This document shows positions 45,985-55,779 of a DNA stretch of 64,000 bases, piece after piece. The DNA comes from Chloroflexota bacterium (lineage in GTDB: Bacteria > Chloroflexota > Dehalococcoidia > Lucifugimonadales > Australimonadaceae): contig VXQP01000078.1 in the NCBI GenBank assembly GCA_009838965.1, forward strand, positions 93,957 to 157,956, in the 5' to 3' direction. Numbering within the stretch: position 1 is the stretch's first letter; every line of letters starts with the position of its first letter. A model generated the notes under the pieces. The model worked only from the letters and a program-made list of their open reading frames with translations. It was not told where the DNA came from and searched no databases. A program made the translations under genes and the position numbers.

Positions 45985-48042
45985 CTAACGCGTCGAGAAG
46001 AACGGGATGAGTGGCTCCGCCCAGATAACGGCCATCACGTAGTCCATCACGATCAGGTTGAACAGCACCACGAACGGCACCGCGACCGCCAGGCCTATCC
46101 AGCGCGTGCGGCCCTGCAGGAAGAGCAGCGTGGGACCGATCGGGAAGACCATGGTTGCCCACTTCAGGCCGATCACGAAGATGAGCACGACGAAGAAGGC
46201 CACCCAGCCGATGATGAGCAGCGCCGTCTTCACAACGCCTTCCATCCCTGCGCTCCTCATCCCTATATCCATGATTGCGCCGGTCTTGCCTCGCCGCAGG
46301 TCGTGGACGAGTTGGACGCTGCTCAGGATGATGACTGCGAGACTCAGCGACACTGGGAAGACCTTTCCGCGCGTGGGAAACCCGAACCACGCCTCCTGCA
46401 ACGCCCAGGCCGCCATCCCGATAACTGCCATGGTGAAGATAGCTGCCGGCGTTAGCGCCCACGTGCGTTGCCTGGTCTTGACGGCTGCCGCAGCGCCGGC
46501 GATAGCCGCTGGGTCATCTCCGCTCGCGCCGCGCACCACCGGCATGGTTTCCTCATCAGAAAGCGTCCCCGCGGTACCGATATTGCCCATCTTGGAGAAC
46601 GTGACGGCGATTGCCACCGCCAGGATCAGCAATACGATGGTCAGCGGCCTCGTCAACAGTCCACCCATGCCGTGGATGGAGATAGCCGACTGGAAGTTGA
46701 ACTCGATGATGCGGCCCAGGATGAACCCCAGCAGTAGGGGCGGCCTCGGCCATTTGTACTGCTTCATCAGCAGGCCGAGCAACGCTGCGGACACGATGAT
46801 GTAGATGGCGATCAGGTCTGTCGACGAGAGATAGGCGGACAGGAACGAGATGGGAATGATGATCGCGCCGATGAGCGGGTAGGGGATCAGCGTGAGCTTC
46901 GCCAACTGCCCCGTGAGGAACATACCGATGACGGTAACCGCCAGGTTCCCCAGCGCGAGGCTGAAAACCATCATGATGGTGATGTCGGCGAACCGGTCCA
47001 GCATCGGCGGGCCGGGCGTTATGCCGTAGGCCAGCATGGCGACGATGACGAACGCCCATGCCCTGCCGCCCGGCACGCCGAACGCCAGCGTGGGAATCGC
47101 CTGTCCCGCTTCCTTCGAGTTCTGCGCGGCTTCAGCAAAGAGCACGCCGTCCAGCGAACCCTTACCGAACTCGCTCTTGTCTTTGCTGAAGAAGATTCCC
47201 ATCGCGTAGGAGAGCCAGTCGACAACTGCCCCGCCTATGCCCGGCACGGCTCCGAGGAACACACCGAAAAGTCCGTTCCGGATGGCTATGTTCCACTTGG
47301 TGAGTCCGTAGCGCACACCCCTGAAGACCTCACGGTTGTTGACCACCGCCCCATGCATAGCGACCGGCCGCCTCGTCATGGTCAGGTCGATCATTTCCGG
47401 CAACGCGAAGAGCCCGATAGTCGTGGCGATCAGTGGAAGCCCTTCCCACAGGTGCAACGATCCGAACGTGTATCGGTGCGCGGCCGAGATGGGATCGATG
47501 CCGATGGTGCCAAGCAGCAGGCCGAATGCTGCAGCCGCCAGCCCCTTCACCATCGCGCCGGAACTGAGCGCTGCGACCATCGCGACACCGAACAATGCCA
47601 TGGCCGCTATCTCGGGGAACCCGAACGCGAGGATGAACGGCTTGATGACCGGGATGACGATAGCGAGCGCCAGAGCTCCGACGAGACCACCCATCGCAGA
47701 GACCGCGTAGACCGCTCCAAGCGTGTGCGCGGCCAGTCCCCGCCGGGCCAGCTGGTTACCTTCCAGGAACGTTACCTGGGTCGCTCCACCGGGCTGGCCA
47801 AGCAGCACGGCAGGGATCGAGTCCAGTGTGTTGTCCACGCCTGTCAGCGTCGCCAGCATCACGATGCCGATGAGCGGGTCTTCTATGTTCAGCACGATGA
47901 ACGAGATGGAGAGCGCCATCACCAGGGTCGCGGAGACGCCTGGCAGCAACCCGACGAAGACAGCCATGAAGACAGCGACAGCGAACGCCGCCCAGTAGCC
48001 TCCATTGCCAAGGTACGACAGACCCTCAAGTAATTCGCTCAC
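45985..48042 (-). CDS. tctA: Tripartite tricarboxylate transporter permease TctA with fused C-terminal TctB-like 4-TM module
   Basis: 685 aa versus about 500 for TctA. The N-terminal 490 aa are TctA-like (LLPGVSATL, IDPISAAHRYTFG). The last 190 aa add a linker and four more hydrophobic helices. Confidence 0.82.
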   Translation of the reverse strand: MSELLEGLSYLGNGGYWAAFAVAVFMAVFVGLLPGVSATLVMALSISFIVLNIEDPLIGIVMLATLTGVDNTLDSIPAVLLGQPGGATQVTFLEGNQLARRGLAAHTLGAVYAVSAMGGLVGALALAIVIPVIKPFILAFGFPEIAAMALFGVAMVAALSSGAMVKGLAAAAFGLLLGTIGIDPISAAHRYTFGSLHLWEGLPLIATTIGLFALPEMIDLTMTRRPVAMHGAVVNNREVFRGVRYGLTKWNIAIRNGLFGVFLGAVPGIGGAVVDWLSYAMGIFFSKDKSEFGKGSLDGVLFAEAAQNSKEAGQAIPTLAFGVPGGRAWAFVIVAMLAYGITPGPPMLDRFADITIMMVFSLALGNLAVTVIGMFLTGQLAKLTLIPYPLIGAIIIPISFLSAYLSSTDLIAIYIIVSAALLGLLMKQYKWPRPPLLLGFILGRIIEFNFQSAISIHGMGGLLTRPLTIVLLILAVAIAVTFSKMGNIGTAGTLSDEETMPVVRGASGDDPAAIAGAAAAVKTRQRTWALTPAAIFTMAVIGMAAWALQEAWFGFPTRGKVFPVSLSLAVIILSSVQLVHDLRRGKTGAIMDIGMRSAGMEGVVKTALLIIGWVAFFVVLIFVIGLKWATMVFPIGPTLLFLQGRTRWIGLAVAVPFVVLFNLIVMDYVMAVIWAEPLIPFFSTR

Positions 48043-48113
48043 GTGCCGCCTCCATCATCCGGGCGGCGGAGCGCTGATGCTCCGCCGCCCGTTGTCAGAC
48101 CGCGTGACGAACG

Positions 48114-49412
48114 CTACCTCGTGAATTTGTCGTACACGGACTCCTGCACTTCCCGTAGCTGCCCGATGTTGCGCAGGAACGCGTCCTCCACCTGCGCGAA
48201 AATCTCCTGCAGCTCGGCACCGCTCTGCTCAATCTCGATCGGCTGGCCGAGTATCTGCTCGAAGTCGGCGCGGAACTCAGGGTCGGCCAAAGCTTCGTCC
48301 CATGCCCTGCGGAGCGTATTGACGATGTCCAGAGGGGTGTCGGGTGGCGCCAGCAGGTTCTTGCCCACGAACGTCTCCGGGGCCATCAGCCCGTCCCAGA
48401 TGTCCCGCTGCTCGTCAGTGATGAGGTCACGCGCGTAGGGGGCATTAAACTCGTCAACCTCGGCATTGCCCACGATGACGCCGCCGGGTCCGGCGAGGCC
48501 TGCAAAGGGCTTGATGAAGCCGCTGGAGATCCATCCGGGCCTGCGCTGAGGCAACTGGTACCACACGCTCCCCGCAGTGAAGCTGTTCACGTCGCCTCGC
48601 TCCAACATCAGCAGCGTCTGTTCGGTGCCGGTCGAGGCAACCAGCTTGTACTGGAACGGCAGGTTGAGCCAGTCCGCCAGCAGGAAGTTGCCTAGCGCGG
48701 TTACTCCTGTCAATTCTTGTGGCGTAGGCGCAGAACCTGCCCCGACGAGTGTCGGGCCGGATGCCCCCATGGCCTCCGTGATGTCGTTGTAAGGCAACTC
48801 GTGGCCGTTGATCATCCACACGGCGTTGCGGGCCACCGGAGCGCCGATCACCTCGAACCCGGACGCCTTGAAGATGGCATTCGGGTCTGTGGACGACTGG
48901 ATCGGTGCGGTCGCGTTGTAGATGATGATGAGGCCGTTTGGCTCGGATTCCCAAACGAAGTTGCTGGCAGCCAAGGAGGGCGTCAGGTTACTGACGACGA
49001 TGCGAGGGTTGCCCGGTATGTACTGACCCCATTTGGCCGCAAGGAAGCGTGCCTGTGTATCGGTACCACCACCCGGGTTGAAACCGACGACCATGCGGAT
49101 GGTCTTGCCCTTGAAGTGTGCCTCCGCGTTGAAGGACGGCAACGGCGTTGCGGTGGGAGGCGGCGGAGCCGACGTGGGCGTCGCGGTCGGCGCTGGAGCA
49201 GGCGCGCCAGGCTCAGGAGTGGCTGTCGGTTCACTTGGCATGCTTGGGGCAGATGTGGGGGTTGGCTGCGGCGCCGGCGCATCGGGAACCGGTGTAGCCG
49301 TCGGACGTGGGGTGGCAGTCGGATCGTCGGAGCCGCCGCATGCGGCCAGCACTAACACGGTCAGCGCTGCTATGGCGATGAACAACAGGTATGAGCGGTA
49401 CGCCTTCTTCAT
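48114..49412 (-). CDS. tctC: TctC/Bug-family substrate-binding lipoprotein with long Pro/Thr/Ala tether
   Basis: Lipobox LAACG, a PT-rich linker of about 75 aa, then IRMVVGFNPGGGTDTQAR... as in TTT binding proteins. GGAGGGA SD. Confidence 0.78.
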   Translation of the reverse strand: MKKAYRSYLLFIAIAALTVLVLAACGGSDDPTATPRPTATPVPDAPAPQPTPTSAPSMPSEPTATPEPGAPAPAPTATPTSAPPPPTATPLPSFNAEAHFKGKTIRMVVGFNPGGGTDTQARFLAAKWGQYIPGNPRIVVSNLTPSLAASNFVWESEPNGLIIIYNATAPIQSSTDPNAIFKASGFEVIGAPVARNAVWMINGHELPYNDITEAMGASGPTLVGAGSAPTPQELTGVTALGNFLLADWLNLPFQYKLVASTGTEQTLLMLERGDVNSFTAGSVWYQLPQRRPGWISSGFIKPFAGLAGPGGVIVGNAEVDEFNAPYARDLITDEQRDIWDGLMAPETFVGKNLLAPPDTPLDIVNTLRRAWDEALADPEFRADFEQILGQPIEIEQSGAELQEIFAQVEDAFLRNIGQLREVQESVYDKFTR

Positions 49413-49585
49413 CACGGTCTCCCTCCAGCGGTTAAACCGCTCAATCTCGTCCGGTATATAACCACATGGAACCGATAACGGCAAGGAAATCAACCTCTGC
49501 GACGAATGATGAACACAGACTCCCCTGAGCGATTCTTATGCCCCACCCCACAACACCTCTGTGTGAAATGCGGTACCATCCACGC

Positions 49586-50014
49586 ATGACACTCGCAAGC
49601 AGCAACACGCGTGTTGGCGCGCTCAACCACATCGGCCTCGCTGTCGTCAGCATTGAGGAATCTCTCCAGCAGTTCTACGACCTGCTGGACTCTCCACAGG
49701 CGGCACACATCCTCGTGAACGAGGAGCACGGCGTGCGGGGTGCGTTCATCGAGCAGGGTGAGACGCACGTCGAACTGCTCCAGCCGCTCCGGGCCGATTC
49801 GGTCATCGGCAGGTTCCTCGAACGTCACGGCGAAGGCATCCATCACATGGCATTCACCGTGGACGACGTCGAGGTGAAGGCCCGCGAACTCGAGGCGCTC
49901 GGCATCCCCATCATCACCGGCCCGCGCGAGGGCTTCTCTGGACGTATCGCCTTCGCCGACCCTTCGAAGACGCACGGGGCGCTCATCGAGTTCGTAACGC
50001 CTTACCTGCGCTGA
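49586..50014 (+). CDS. mce: Methylmalonyl-CoA epimerase (VOC family)
   Basis: LNHIGLAV.SIEE....Y.......HI...EEHGVR.AFI..G...VELL.P......I.RFLE..GEGIHH.AF.VDD. Confidence 0.78.
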   Translation: MTLASSNTRVGALNHIGLAVVSIEESLQQFYDLLDSPQAAHILVNEEHGVRGAFIEQGETHVELLQPLRADSVIGRFLERHGEGIHHMAFTVDDVEVKARELEALGIPIITGPREGFSGRIAFADPSKTHGALIEFVTPYLR

Positions 50015-50020
50015 CGCCCG

Positions 50021-50437
50021 ATGCCGGACGCACTGCGAGTCCTCATCGCGAAGCCGGGCCTCGACGGCCATGACCGCGGGGCGCGCGTCATCGTGCGCCT
50101 GCTGCGCGAGGCCGGGTTCGAGGTACGGTACACGGGCATCCGCAGGACGCCGGACGAGATCGCGGAGCAGGCCCGTGAGTTCAGAGCTGAGGCTGTCGGC
50201 CTGAGCATCCTCTCCGGTGCGCACATGGAGCTCGTGCCCGCAGTGATGGACGCGCTCCAGCGCGCGGGACTCGAGCACGTCCCTCTCATCGCGGGCGGCA
50301 TCATCCCTCCGCAGGACCGGACCGCTCTGCTGGAGATGGGTGTCGCCGCCATATTCACTCCAGGCGCTCGCTCGGCCGACCTGGTTCCTGCCCTCAGCGC
50401 TGCTGCTGAAGCGGGACGCCGCTCGCAGGAGCGCTGA
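50021..50437 (+). CDS. Methylmalonyl-CoA mutase-type B12-binding small subunit
   Basis: RVLIAKPGLDGHDRGA (DxHxxG), ...GLSILSGAH...GGIIP. Confidence 0.85.
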   Translation: MPDALRVLIAKPGLDGHDRGARVIVRLLREAGFEVRYTGIRRTPDEIAEQAREFRAEAVGLSILSGAHMELVPAVMDALQRAGLEHVPLIAGGIIPPQDRTALLEMGVAAIFTPGARSADLVPALSAAAEAGRRSQER

Positions 50438-50443
50438 TTAGCC

Positions 50444-50545
50444 CCCATTCCGGTAGCGCCGTGATGGCGTCATGGCTCCATTCTGGTAGCACCGTGATAG
50501 TGGCATAACCCCTTCCGATCGCGCCGTGATAACGCTGCGGCGACG
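50444..50545. repeat. Three degenerate tandem repeats of about 33 nt (core GGTAGCRCCGTGATRG)
   Basis: CCATTCCGGTAGCGCCGTGATGGCG / CCATTCTGGTAGCACCGTGATAGTG / CCTTCCGATCGCGCCGTGATAACG. Confidence 0.5.
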
Positions 50546-50663
50546 CTCCCGCAACGCTGTCTCACTCCCCTGCCCTTCCGCTCCGGAATGCCCTCCGGTG
50601 GGGTCCTGCTTCACTCCCATCGCCCTCTGTCGGGCGTGTCTGTCAATTATATGACATCTGGCG

Positions 50664-50693
50664 GTTGCATGAACGATCTGCTCTCCGCTACAC
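50664..50693 (+). promoter_or_regulatory. Promoter candidate TTGCAT-18-TACACT upstream of yceD-rpmF
   Basis: Lies in an AT-rich stretch next to the TGTCA-ATTATA-TGACA palindrome (50640-50655). 215 nt upstream of yceD. Confidence 0.35.
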
Positions 50694-50907
50694 TGGTTCC
50701 ACCGGGCGTGGCGCACGGGCGGCTCGTGTTGCTCCCGCCCAATGCCATTCCCGCGGAATCACGAGAGAATGCTATCAATTGCTATCAAACGGCATGATTG
50801 GAAACGATTGGAGCCTCGACCGGGACGGTCGGCGCCTCGGTGCGCCCGCGCCGCTTCGCGCAGGTACACGCCCTGCTATACTTATGCGGTTGCGTACGGA
50901 TTTGGCG

Positions 50908-51438
50908 ATGAGCCTGCAGCTACAAGTGAACGTCGCCCAGCTCCTCAAGGACGCTGTCGGGACAACCCGGACGTTCGAGGTCGATAGCTTGGCGCTCGAA
51001 TCTGACGAAGGCGTTCCGGCCTACGTCAGAGGAGCATTCCGACTCACTCGCACGGATCGCGGGGTCTGGGCCTCCGGTCCCGTCGCCTTGTCCGTGGACT
51101 ACGTCTGCAGCCGCTGCCTGACGCCCTTCGCGTCGTGGATCGAGGCCAGGGTGGACGACGTCTTCCTGCCGAGCGTGGATATCGCAACAGGAGCGAAGCT
51201 CCGCTACGGTGAGGAGGACACCGGCGCGGACATCAACAGCATAGACGAGCAGCACGTGCTCGACCTGAGCGACGCGCTGCGCCAGTACAGGCTGGCGGGC
51301 ATCTCGATGGCGCCCGTCTGCCGGGAGGACTGCAAGGGAATCTGTCCCGAGTGCGGCAACGACCGGAACGAGAGTGCCTGCTCGTGTGAGCACTACCAGG
51401 ACCAGCGTTGGACCGTGCTGCGGAAGTTGTTGGAGTAA
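50908..51438 (+). CDS. yceD: YceD/DUF177 family protein (large-subunit rRNA accumulation protein)
   Basis: Cys pairs CSRC ... CKGICPECG, in the typical position upstream of rpmF. Confidence 0.85.
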   Translation: MSLQLQVNVAQLLKDAVGTTRTFEVDSLALESDEGVPAYVRGAFRLTRTDRGVWASGPVALSVDYVCSRCLTPFASWIEARVDDVFLPSVDIATGAKLRYGEEDTGADINSIDEQHVLDLSDALRQYRLAGISMAPVCREDCKGICPECGNDRNESACSCEHYQDQRWTVLRKLLE

Positions 51439-51444
51439 AGAACC

Positions 51445-51636
51445 ATGCCCCCACTGCCGAAGAGAAAGCGCTCCAAGTCCCGGGTTGGCACGAACCGCGC
51501 CCATCAGCACAAGACGCTGATCAGCTTGGTCAAGTGCCCGCGTTGCCCTGACCCGATGAGGCCGCACCACGTGTGTCCCACCTGCGGTTACTACCGCGGA
51601 CGCGACGTGCTCCGCGTAGAGAGCGAGCTCGAATAA
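51445..51636 (+). CDS. rpmF: 50S ribosomal protein L32
   Basis: MPPLPKRKRSKSR...CPRC....PHHVCPTCGYY. Confidence 0.93.
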   Translation: MPPLPKRKRSKSRVGTNRAHQHKTLISLVKCPRCPDPMRPHHVCPTCGYYRGRDVLRVESELE

Positions 51637-51652
51637 CGCTCGCCTGCGCTCA

Positions 51653-52570
51653 ATGAGCACCGCCTTCATCTTCCCTGGACAGGGAGCTCAGGCCATGGGC
51701 ATGGGCTCCGACGCCTGGCACAGCTCGCCCGCCGCCCGCGCTGTTTTCGATGAGACCGATTCAGTTCTGGGCGTACCGCTTTCCCGCCTCATCCTGGAAG
51801 GCCCGGCGGACGAACTCGTCCGCTCCCACAATGCTCAACCCGCCATCCTCTGCGTGAGCATCGCCATGCTTCGTGCAGCAGAAGAGCGCCTCGGGACAGC
51901 GATGCCGCGCCCCGCCTTCACCGCCGGGCACAGCGTTGGCGAGTATGCCGCGCTCGTGGCAGCGGGTTCCCTCTCCCTGTCGGAGGGATTACGCCTCGTA
52001 AGAGCACGTGGCGAACTGATGCAGGCGGCCTGTGAGGCCACCCCAAGCGGCATGGCCGCACTGATCGGCCTCACCCTGGAGGCTGCCCGCCAGGCTTGCG
52101 AAGGAACGGGCGCACAGGTGGCGAACGTGAACTCCGCCGAGCAGATCGTGCTCGGCGGCCCGAACGACTCCCTCGAACGAGCGATAGCGAACGCCAAGGA
52201 GGCAGGCGCGCGCCGCGCCATCCCGTTAGAGGTCGCTGGGGCCTTCCACACAGAGGTCATGCGCCCGGCACAGGAGGCGATGGCGGACGTCCTTGCGGCA
52301 GCGGTACTGAACACGGCTTCCGTGCCCATCGTGGCCAACACGACGGCCTTACCGATCGAGTCGGCGGAAGAGGTCCGGGCGGAGCTTGGCTCACAGCTCT
52401 GCGGCTGCGTCTACTGGCAGCAGTCCGTGGAACTGATGGCCGCCGGAGGGGTGGACAGGTTCATCGAGTTCGGCCCCGGCAAGGTGCTCACGGGACTCGC
52501 CAAACGCATCGCCCCGGACGCGGCTGCGCTCGCGATAGCAGACCTAGACGCTGTCTCCGCGCTGGCGTAA
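51653..52570 (+). CDS. fabD: Malonyl-CoA-ACP transacylase
   Basis: FIFPGQGAQ..GMG, GHSVGEYAAL, AFH. Confidence 0.93.
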   Translation: MSTAFIFPGQGAQAMGMGSDAWHSSPAARAVFDETDSVLGVPLSRLILEGPADELVRSHNAQPAILCVSIAMLRAAEERLGTAMPRPAFTAGHSVGEYAALVAAGSLSLSEGLRLVRARGELMQAACEATPSGMAALIGLTLEAARQACEGTGAQVANVNSAEQIVLGGPNDSLERAIANAKEAGARRAIPLEVAGAFHTEVMRPAQEAMADVLAAAVLNTASVPIVANTTALPIESAEEVRAELGSQLCGCVYWQQSVELMAAGGVDRFIEFGPGKVLTGLAKRIAPDAAALAIADLDAVSALA

Positions 52571-52625
52571 GATTACGTGGAATCCCGCCTCGACCAGCAC
52601 TCGGGGCGTCTCTTTAACAAGCCCG

Positions 52626-53090
52626 ATGATCGAGTCTCCCGGCGGTACGAGAAAGGCCAGCCGAGGCCGCAGGAACAGGCCGGAGCGCCAGGGGCGCGTG
52701 CTCGCACTCCAGGTGCTGTACGAGCACGACCTCACGGGGCACGAGTGGCGCTCGGCGCTGGAAGCGCGGGCAGACGAGTTGCACGCATCACCCGACGCTG
52801 TTGCCTTCGCCGAAGGCTGTGTCGAAGGCGTGGTCAGCGAGCAGAGTCAGCTCGACGCCCTCATCCGGCGGCACGAACCCCTCTGGCCCATCGAACAACT
52901 CGCCGCCGTCGACCGGGCTGTTCTCCGGCTGGGGCTCTTCGAACTGGCGGACGGGTCACCGACGCCGCCGCTGGTGGCCATCAACGAAGCCGTGGAGTTG
53001 GCCAAGACCTTTGGGAGTGAAGGCTCCGCCAGGTTCGTGAATGGCGTGCTTGGGGCATCGTTCAACGAGCGGGAACAACAGAACACATAA
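52626..53090 (+). CDS. nusB: Transcription antitermination factor NusB
   Basis: [22 protein letters not shown] and FVNGVL motifs. Confidence 0.9.
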   Translation: MIESPGGTRKASRGRRNRPERQGRVLALQVLYEHDLTGHEWRSALEARADELHASPDAVAFAEGCVEGVVSEQSQLDALIRRHEPLWPIEQLAAVDRAVLRLGLFELADGSPTPPLVAINEAVELAKTFGSEGSARFVNGVLGASFNEREQQNT

Positions 53091-53106
53091 CTGCTGAGGA
53101 AGGCAA

Positions 53107-53364
53107 ATGGCGACCGTTTACGACCGTGTGAAGAACGTAGTAGTGGACAGGCTCGGGGTGGAGGAGAGCGCCATCGCGATGGAGGCCTCCTTCGTCGACG
53201 ACCTCAACGCCGACTCTCTCGACCTCGTAGAACTCATCATGGCATTCGAGGAAGAATTCTCCGACGGGGACACTACCCTCAAGATATCCGACGAAGACGC
53301 GGAACAGATCCGGACCATCCAGAACGCCGTCGACTTCATCAAGAGCAAAGGCGTTTCCGACTGA
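53107..53364 (+). CDS. acpP: Acyl carrier protein
   Basis: [20 protein letters not shown], with the phosphopantetheine Ser in DSLD. Confidence 0.95.
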   Translation: MATVYDRVKNVVVDRLGVEESAIAMEASFVDDLNADSLDLVELIMAFEEEFSDGDTTLKISDEDAEQIRTIQNAVDFIKSKGVSD

Positions 53365-53374
53365 CAGGACGCCT

Positions 53375-53995
53375 GTGGCTGACCTCTTAGCACTCCACCA
53401 GCAGATACACACCTGCCAGGAATGTGCTCTCCATCGCGCACGAACGAATGCTGTGCCCGGAGAAGGTGCGCCCAACGCCTCTCTCATGTTCATCGGCGAG
53501 GGCCCCGGCTTCAATGAAGACCGCCAGGGCAGGCCGTTCGTCGGTCCCGCAGGTCAATTCCTCGACGAACTGCTTCTATCCATCGGGCTGAAGCGTGAGG
53601 ACGTATTCATCACCAACATGGTGAAGTGCCGCCCTCCCAACAACCGCGACCCCTTCCCGGGCGAGATCAGCGCCTGCTCCCGCTACCTGGACGCTCAGAT
53701 AGACTCGATCAAACCCACTGTAATCGTTCCACTGGGGCGTCACGCTCTTGCTCGGTGGTTCCCAAGGGACTCCATCAGCAAGGTGCGCGCAAGGCCGCGC
53801 GTGTTCGATGGCATCACCATCTTCCCGCTCTATCATCCGGCTGCAGCGCTGCACAACGGCGCGCTCCGCGCCACTATCGAAGCCGATTTCGCGAAGCTCG
53901 GTGCACTCCTCAGAGAGCGTGAGGAGCACGGGACGCCGAGCGAGGATGACGCGCAAGACGAAGCAGGCGGCTCCCAGCAGTTGAGCATGTTCTAA
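53375..53995 (+). CDS. Uracil-DNA glycosylase, family 4
   Basis: C..C.L......VPGEG....[24 protein letters not shown] start. Confidence 0.85.
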   Translation: MADLLALHQQIHTCQECALHRARTNAVPGEGAPNASLMFIGEGPGFNEDRQGRPFVGPAGQFLDELLLSIGLKREDVFITNMVKCRPPNNRDPFPGEISACSRYLDAQIDSIKPTVIVPLGRHALARWFPRDSISKVRARPRVFDGITIFPLYHPAAALHNGALRATIEADFAKLGALLREREEHGTPSEDDAQDEAGGSQQLSMF

Positions 53996-53997
53996 CG

Positions 53998-55653
53998 ATG
54001 CCTCATCCCATCCGCATCGTTCCCATTGGCGGCCTGGGCGAAGTGGGCAAGAACATGCTGTGCGTCGAGTACGGCAATGACATCGTTGTCATCGACGCGG
54101 GTCTCATGTTCCCCAAGCAGGAGATGCTGGGGATAGACCTCGTGCTCCCGGACATCTCCTATCTGACGGCGAACGCGGAGCGCGTGCGAGCGATCTTGAT
54201 CACCCACGGACACGAGGACCACACCGGGGCTCTCCCATACGTCCTGCGCGAACTGAACGTCCCCATCTATGCTCCTCCCCTCGCCCACGATCTGATCGAG
54301 GTGAAGCTCCGCCAACACCGGATCGGTGAGTACGAGCTCCACGAGGTCGATGCTGGTAGCACGCTCGATTTCGGAACGGTCCACGCCGAGTACTTCCGTG
54401 TCTGCCACAGCATCCCGGACGCATGCGGCATCGCCCTGCGCACTCCGGCCGGACTCATCGTCCACACCGGCGACTTCAAGATAGATCACACTCCGGCGGA
54501 TGGACGCCCCACTGACCTGCAACGCCTCGCCGAATTGGGCAGCGAGGGAGTCCTGCTGCTTCTGTCCGACTCGACATACGCCGAGGTGCCCGGCTACACG
54601 CCGTCAGAGAGTGTCGTGGCGTCCGCGCTTGACCACGTCATAGCCGACGCTCCGGGTCGAGTGCTCATCGCTACGTTCGCATCCCTGATCGCGCGAGTGC
54701 AGCAGGTGCTGGACGCCGCGGTGAAACACGGAAGAAAGGTCGCCCTTGCAGGGCGTTCCATGGTGGACAACGTCAACATCGCCGTGGCGAACGGCTACCT
54801 CAAGGCGCCGCCCGGCATGCTGCTCGATCTCCAGGCCCTGAGTGCTCTCCCTCACGAGCAGCAGGTAATCGTCCTGACGGGCGCGCAGGGCGAGCCGCTC
54901 TCTGTTCTCTCCCGGGTCGCCAACAACGCCAATCGTGACATCGAGGTCCACGAGAACGACACAGTCGTCATCTCCGCAACCGCGATACCGGGTAACGAGA
55001 CAGTTATAGCCACCGTTGTGGACAACCTCACGCGGCGCGGCGCCAGGGTGCTCACTCGCCGCACGTCCCCTGGCGTCCATGTCCCCGGCCACGGCAGCCA
55101 GGAAGAGCTCAAACTGATGCTCCGTCTCATCAAACCGCGTTACTTCGTGCCTGTGCACGGCGAGTACAGGATGCTTGCCGCGCACGCAGACCTCGCCATG
55201 CAGACCGACATCGCTCCCGCGAACGTCTTCATCCTCGAAGACGGCGACGTGCTGGAACTGGACGAAGCTGGGGCGGAGCTCGTCGAACCCATCCAGGCTG
55301 GCCACGTCTACGTCGACGGGCTGCGCACGTGGGACGTCGGAGAGGCTGTGCTGCGCGACCGGCGGATGCTCTCACGCGACGGGTTCGTCGTCGTGGTGGT
55401 TCCCGTAGACCACGCAACGGGCAAGGTCTACGGCGAGCCGGAGATCGTATCGAGCGGTTTCACTGCGCCCGCAGAGGCGGAGGAACTGATGGAACGCGCA
55501 GCTGCGGTGGTCATCGAAGCGCTCCGAGCGCCGAACCTCGACCCACTGAACGAGGACCACGTCAACGACCGTGTGCGCGAGGCGCTGAGCCGCTTCCTGT
55601 ACAGAGAGACCCGCAGCCGCCCCATGATCATCACCGTGCCGCTGGAAGTTTGA
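53998..55653 (+). CDS. rnj: Ribonuclease J
   Basis: Metallo-beta-lactamase HGHEDHTG, beta-CASP domain, RNase J C-terminal domain. Confidence 0.93.
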   Translation: MPHPIRIVPIGGLGEVGKNMLCVEYGNDIVVIDAGLMFPKQEMLGIDLVLPDISYLTANAERVRAILITHGHEDHTGALPYVLRELNVPIYAPPLAHDLIEVKLRQHRIGEYELHEVDAGSTLDFGTVHAEYFRVCHSIPDACGIALRTPAGLIVHTGDFKIDHTPADGRPTDLQRLAELGSEGVLLLLSDSTYAEVPGYTPSESVVASALDHVIADAPGRVLIATFASLIARVQQVLDAAVKHGRKVALAGRSMVDNVNIAVANGYLKAPPGMLLDLQALSALPHEQQVIVLTGAQGEPLSVLSRVANNANRDIEVHENDTVVISATAIPGNETVIATVVDNLTRRGARVLTRRTSPGVHVPGHGSQEELKLMLRLIKPRYFVPVHGEYRMLAAHADLAMQTDIAPANVFILEDGDVLELDEAGAELVEPIQAGHVYVDGLRTWDVGEAVLRDRRMLSRDGFVVVVVPVDHATGKVYGEPEIVSSGFTAPAEAEELMERAAAVVIEALRAPNLDPLNEDHVNDRVREALSRFLYRETRSRPMIITVPLEV

Positions 55654-55779
55654 CCTTCCCTGGCCTGCCCCGCTGCCCCTCGTTTTTAGAGGCAGCATCG
55701 CCGTAACTTCAGCCATCTCTTCATAATCTACAAGCCAACCTGGCTCACAACCGCAACGCACCTGATTAAAGTCGGGCGT

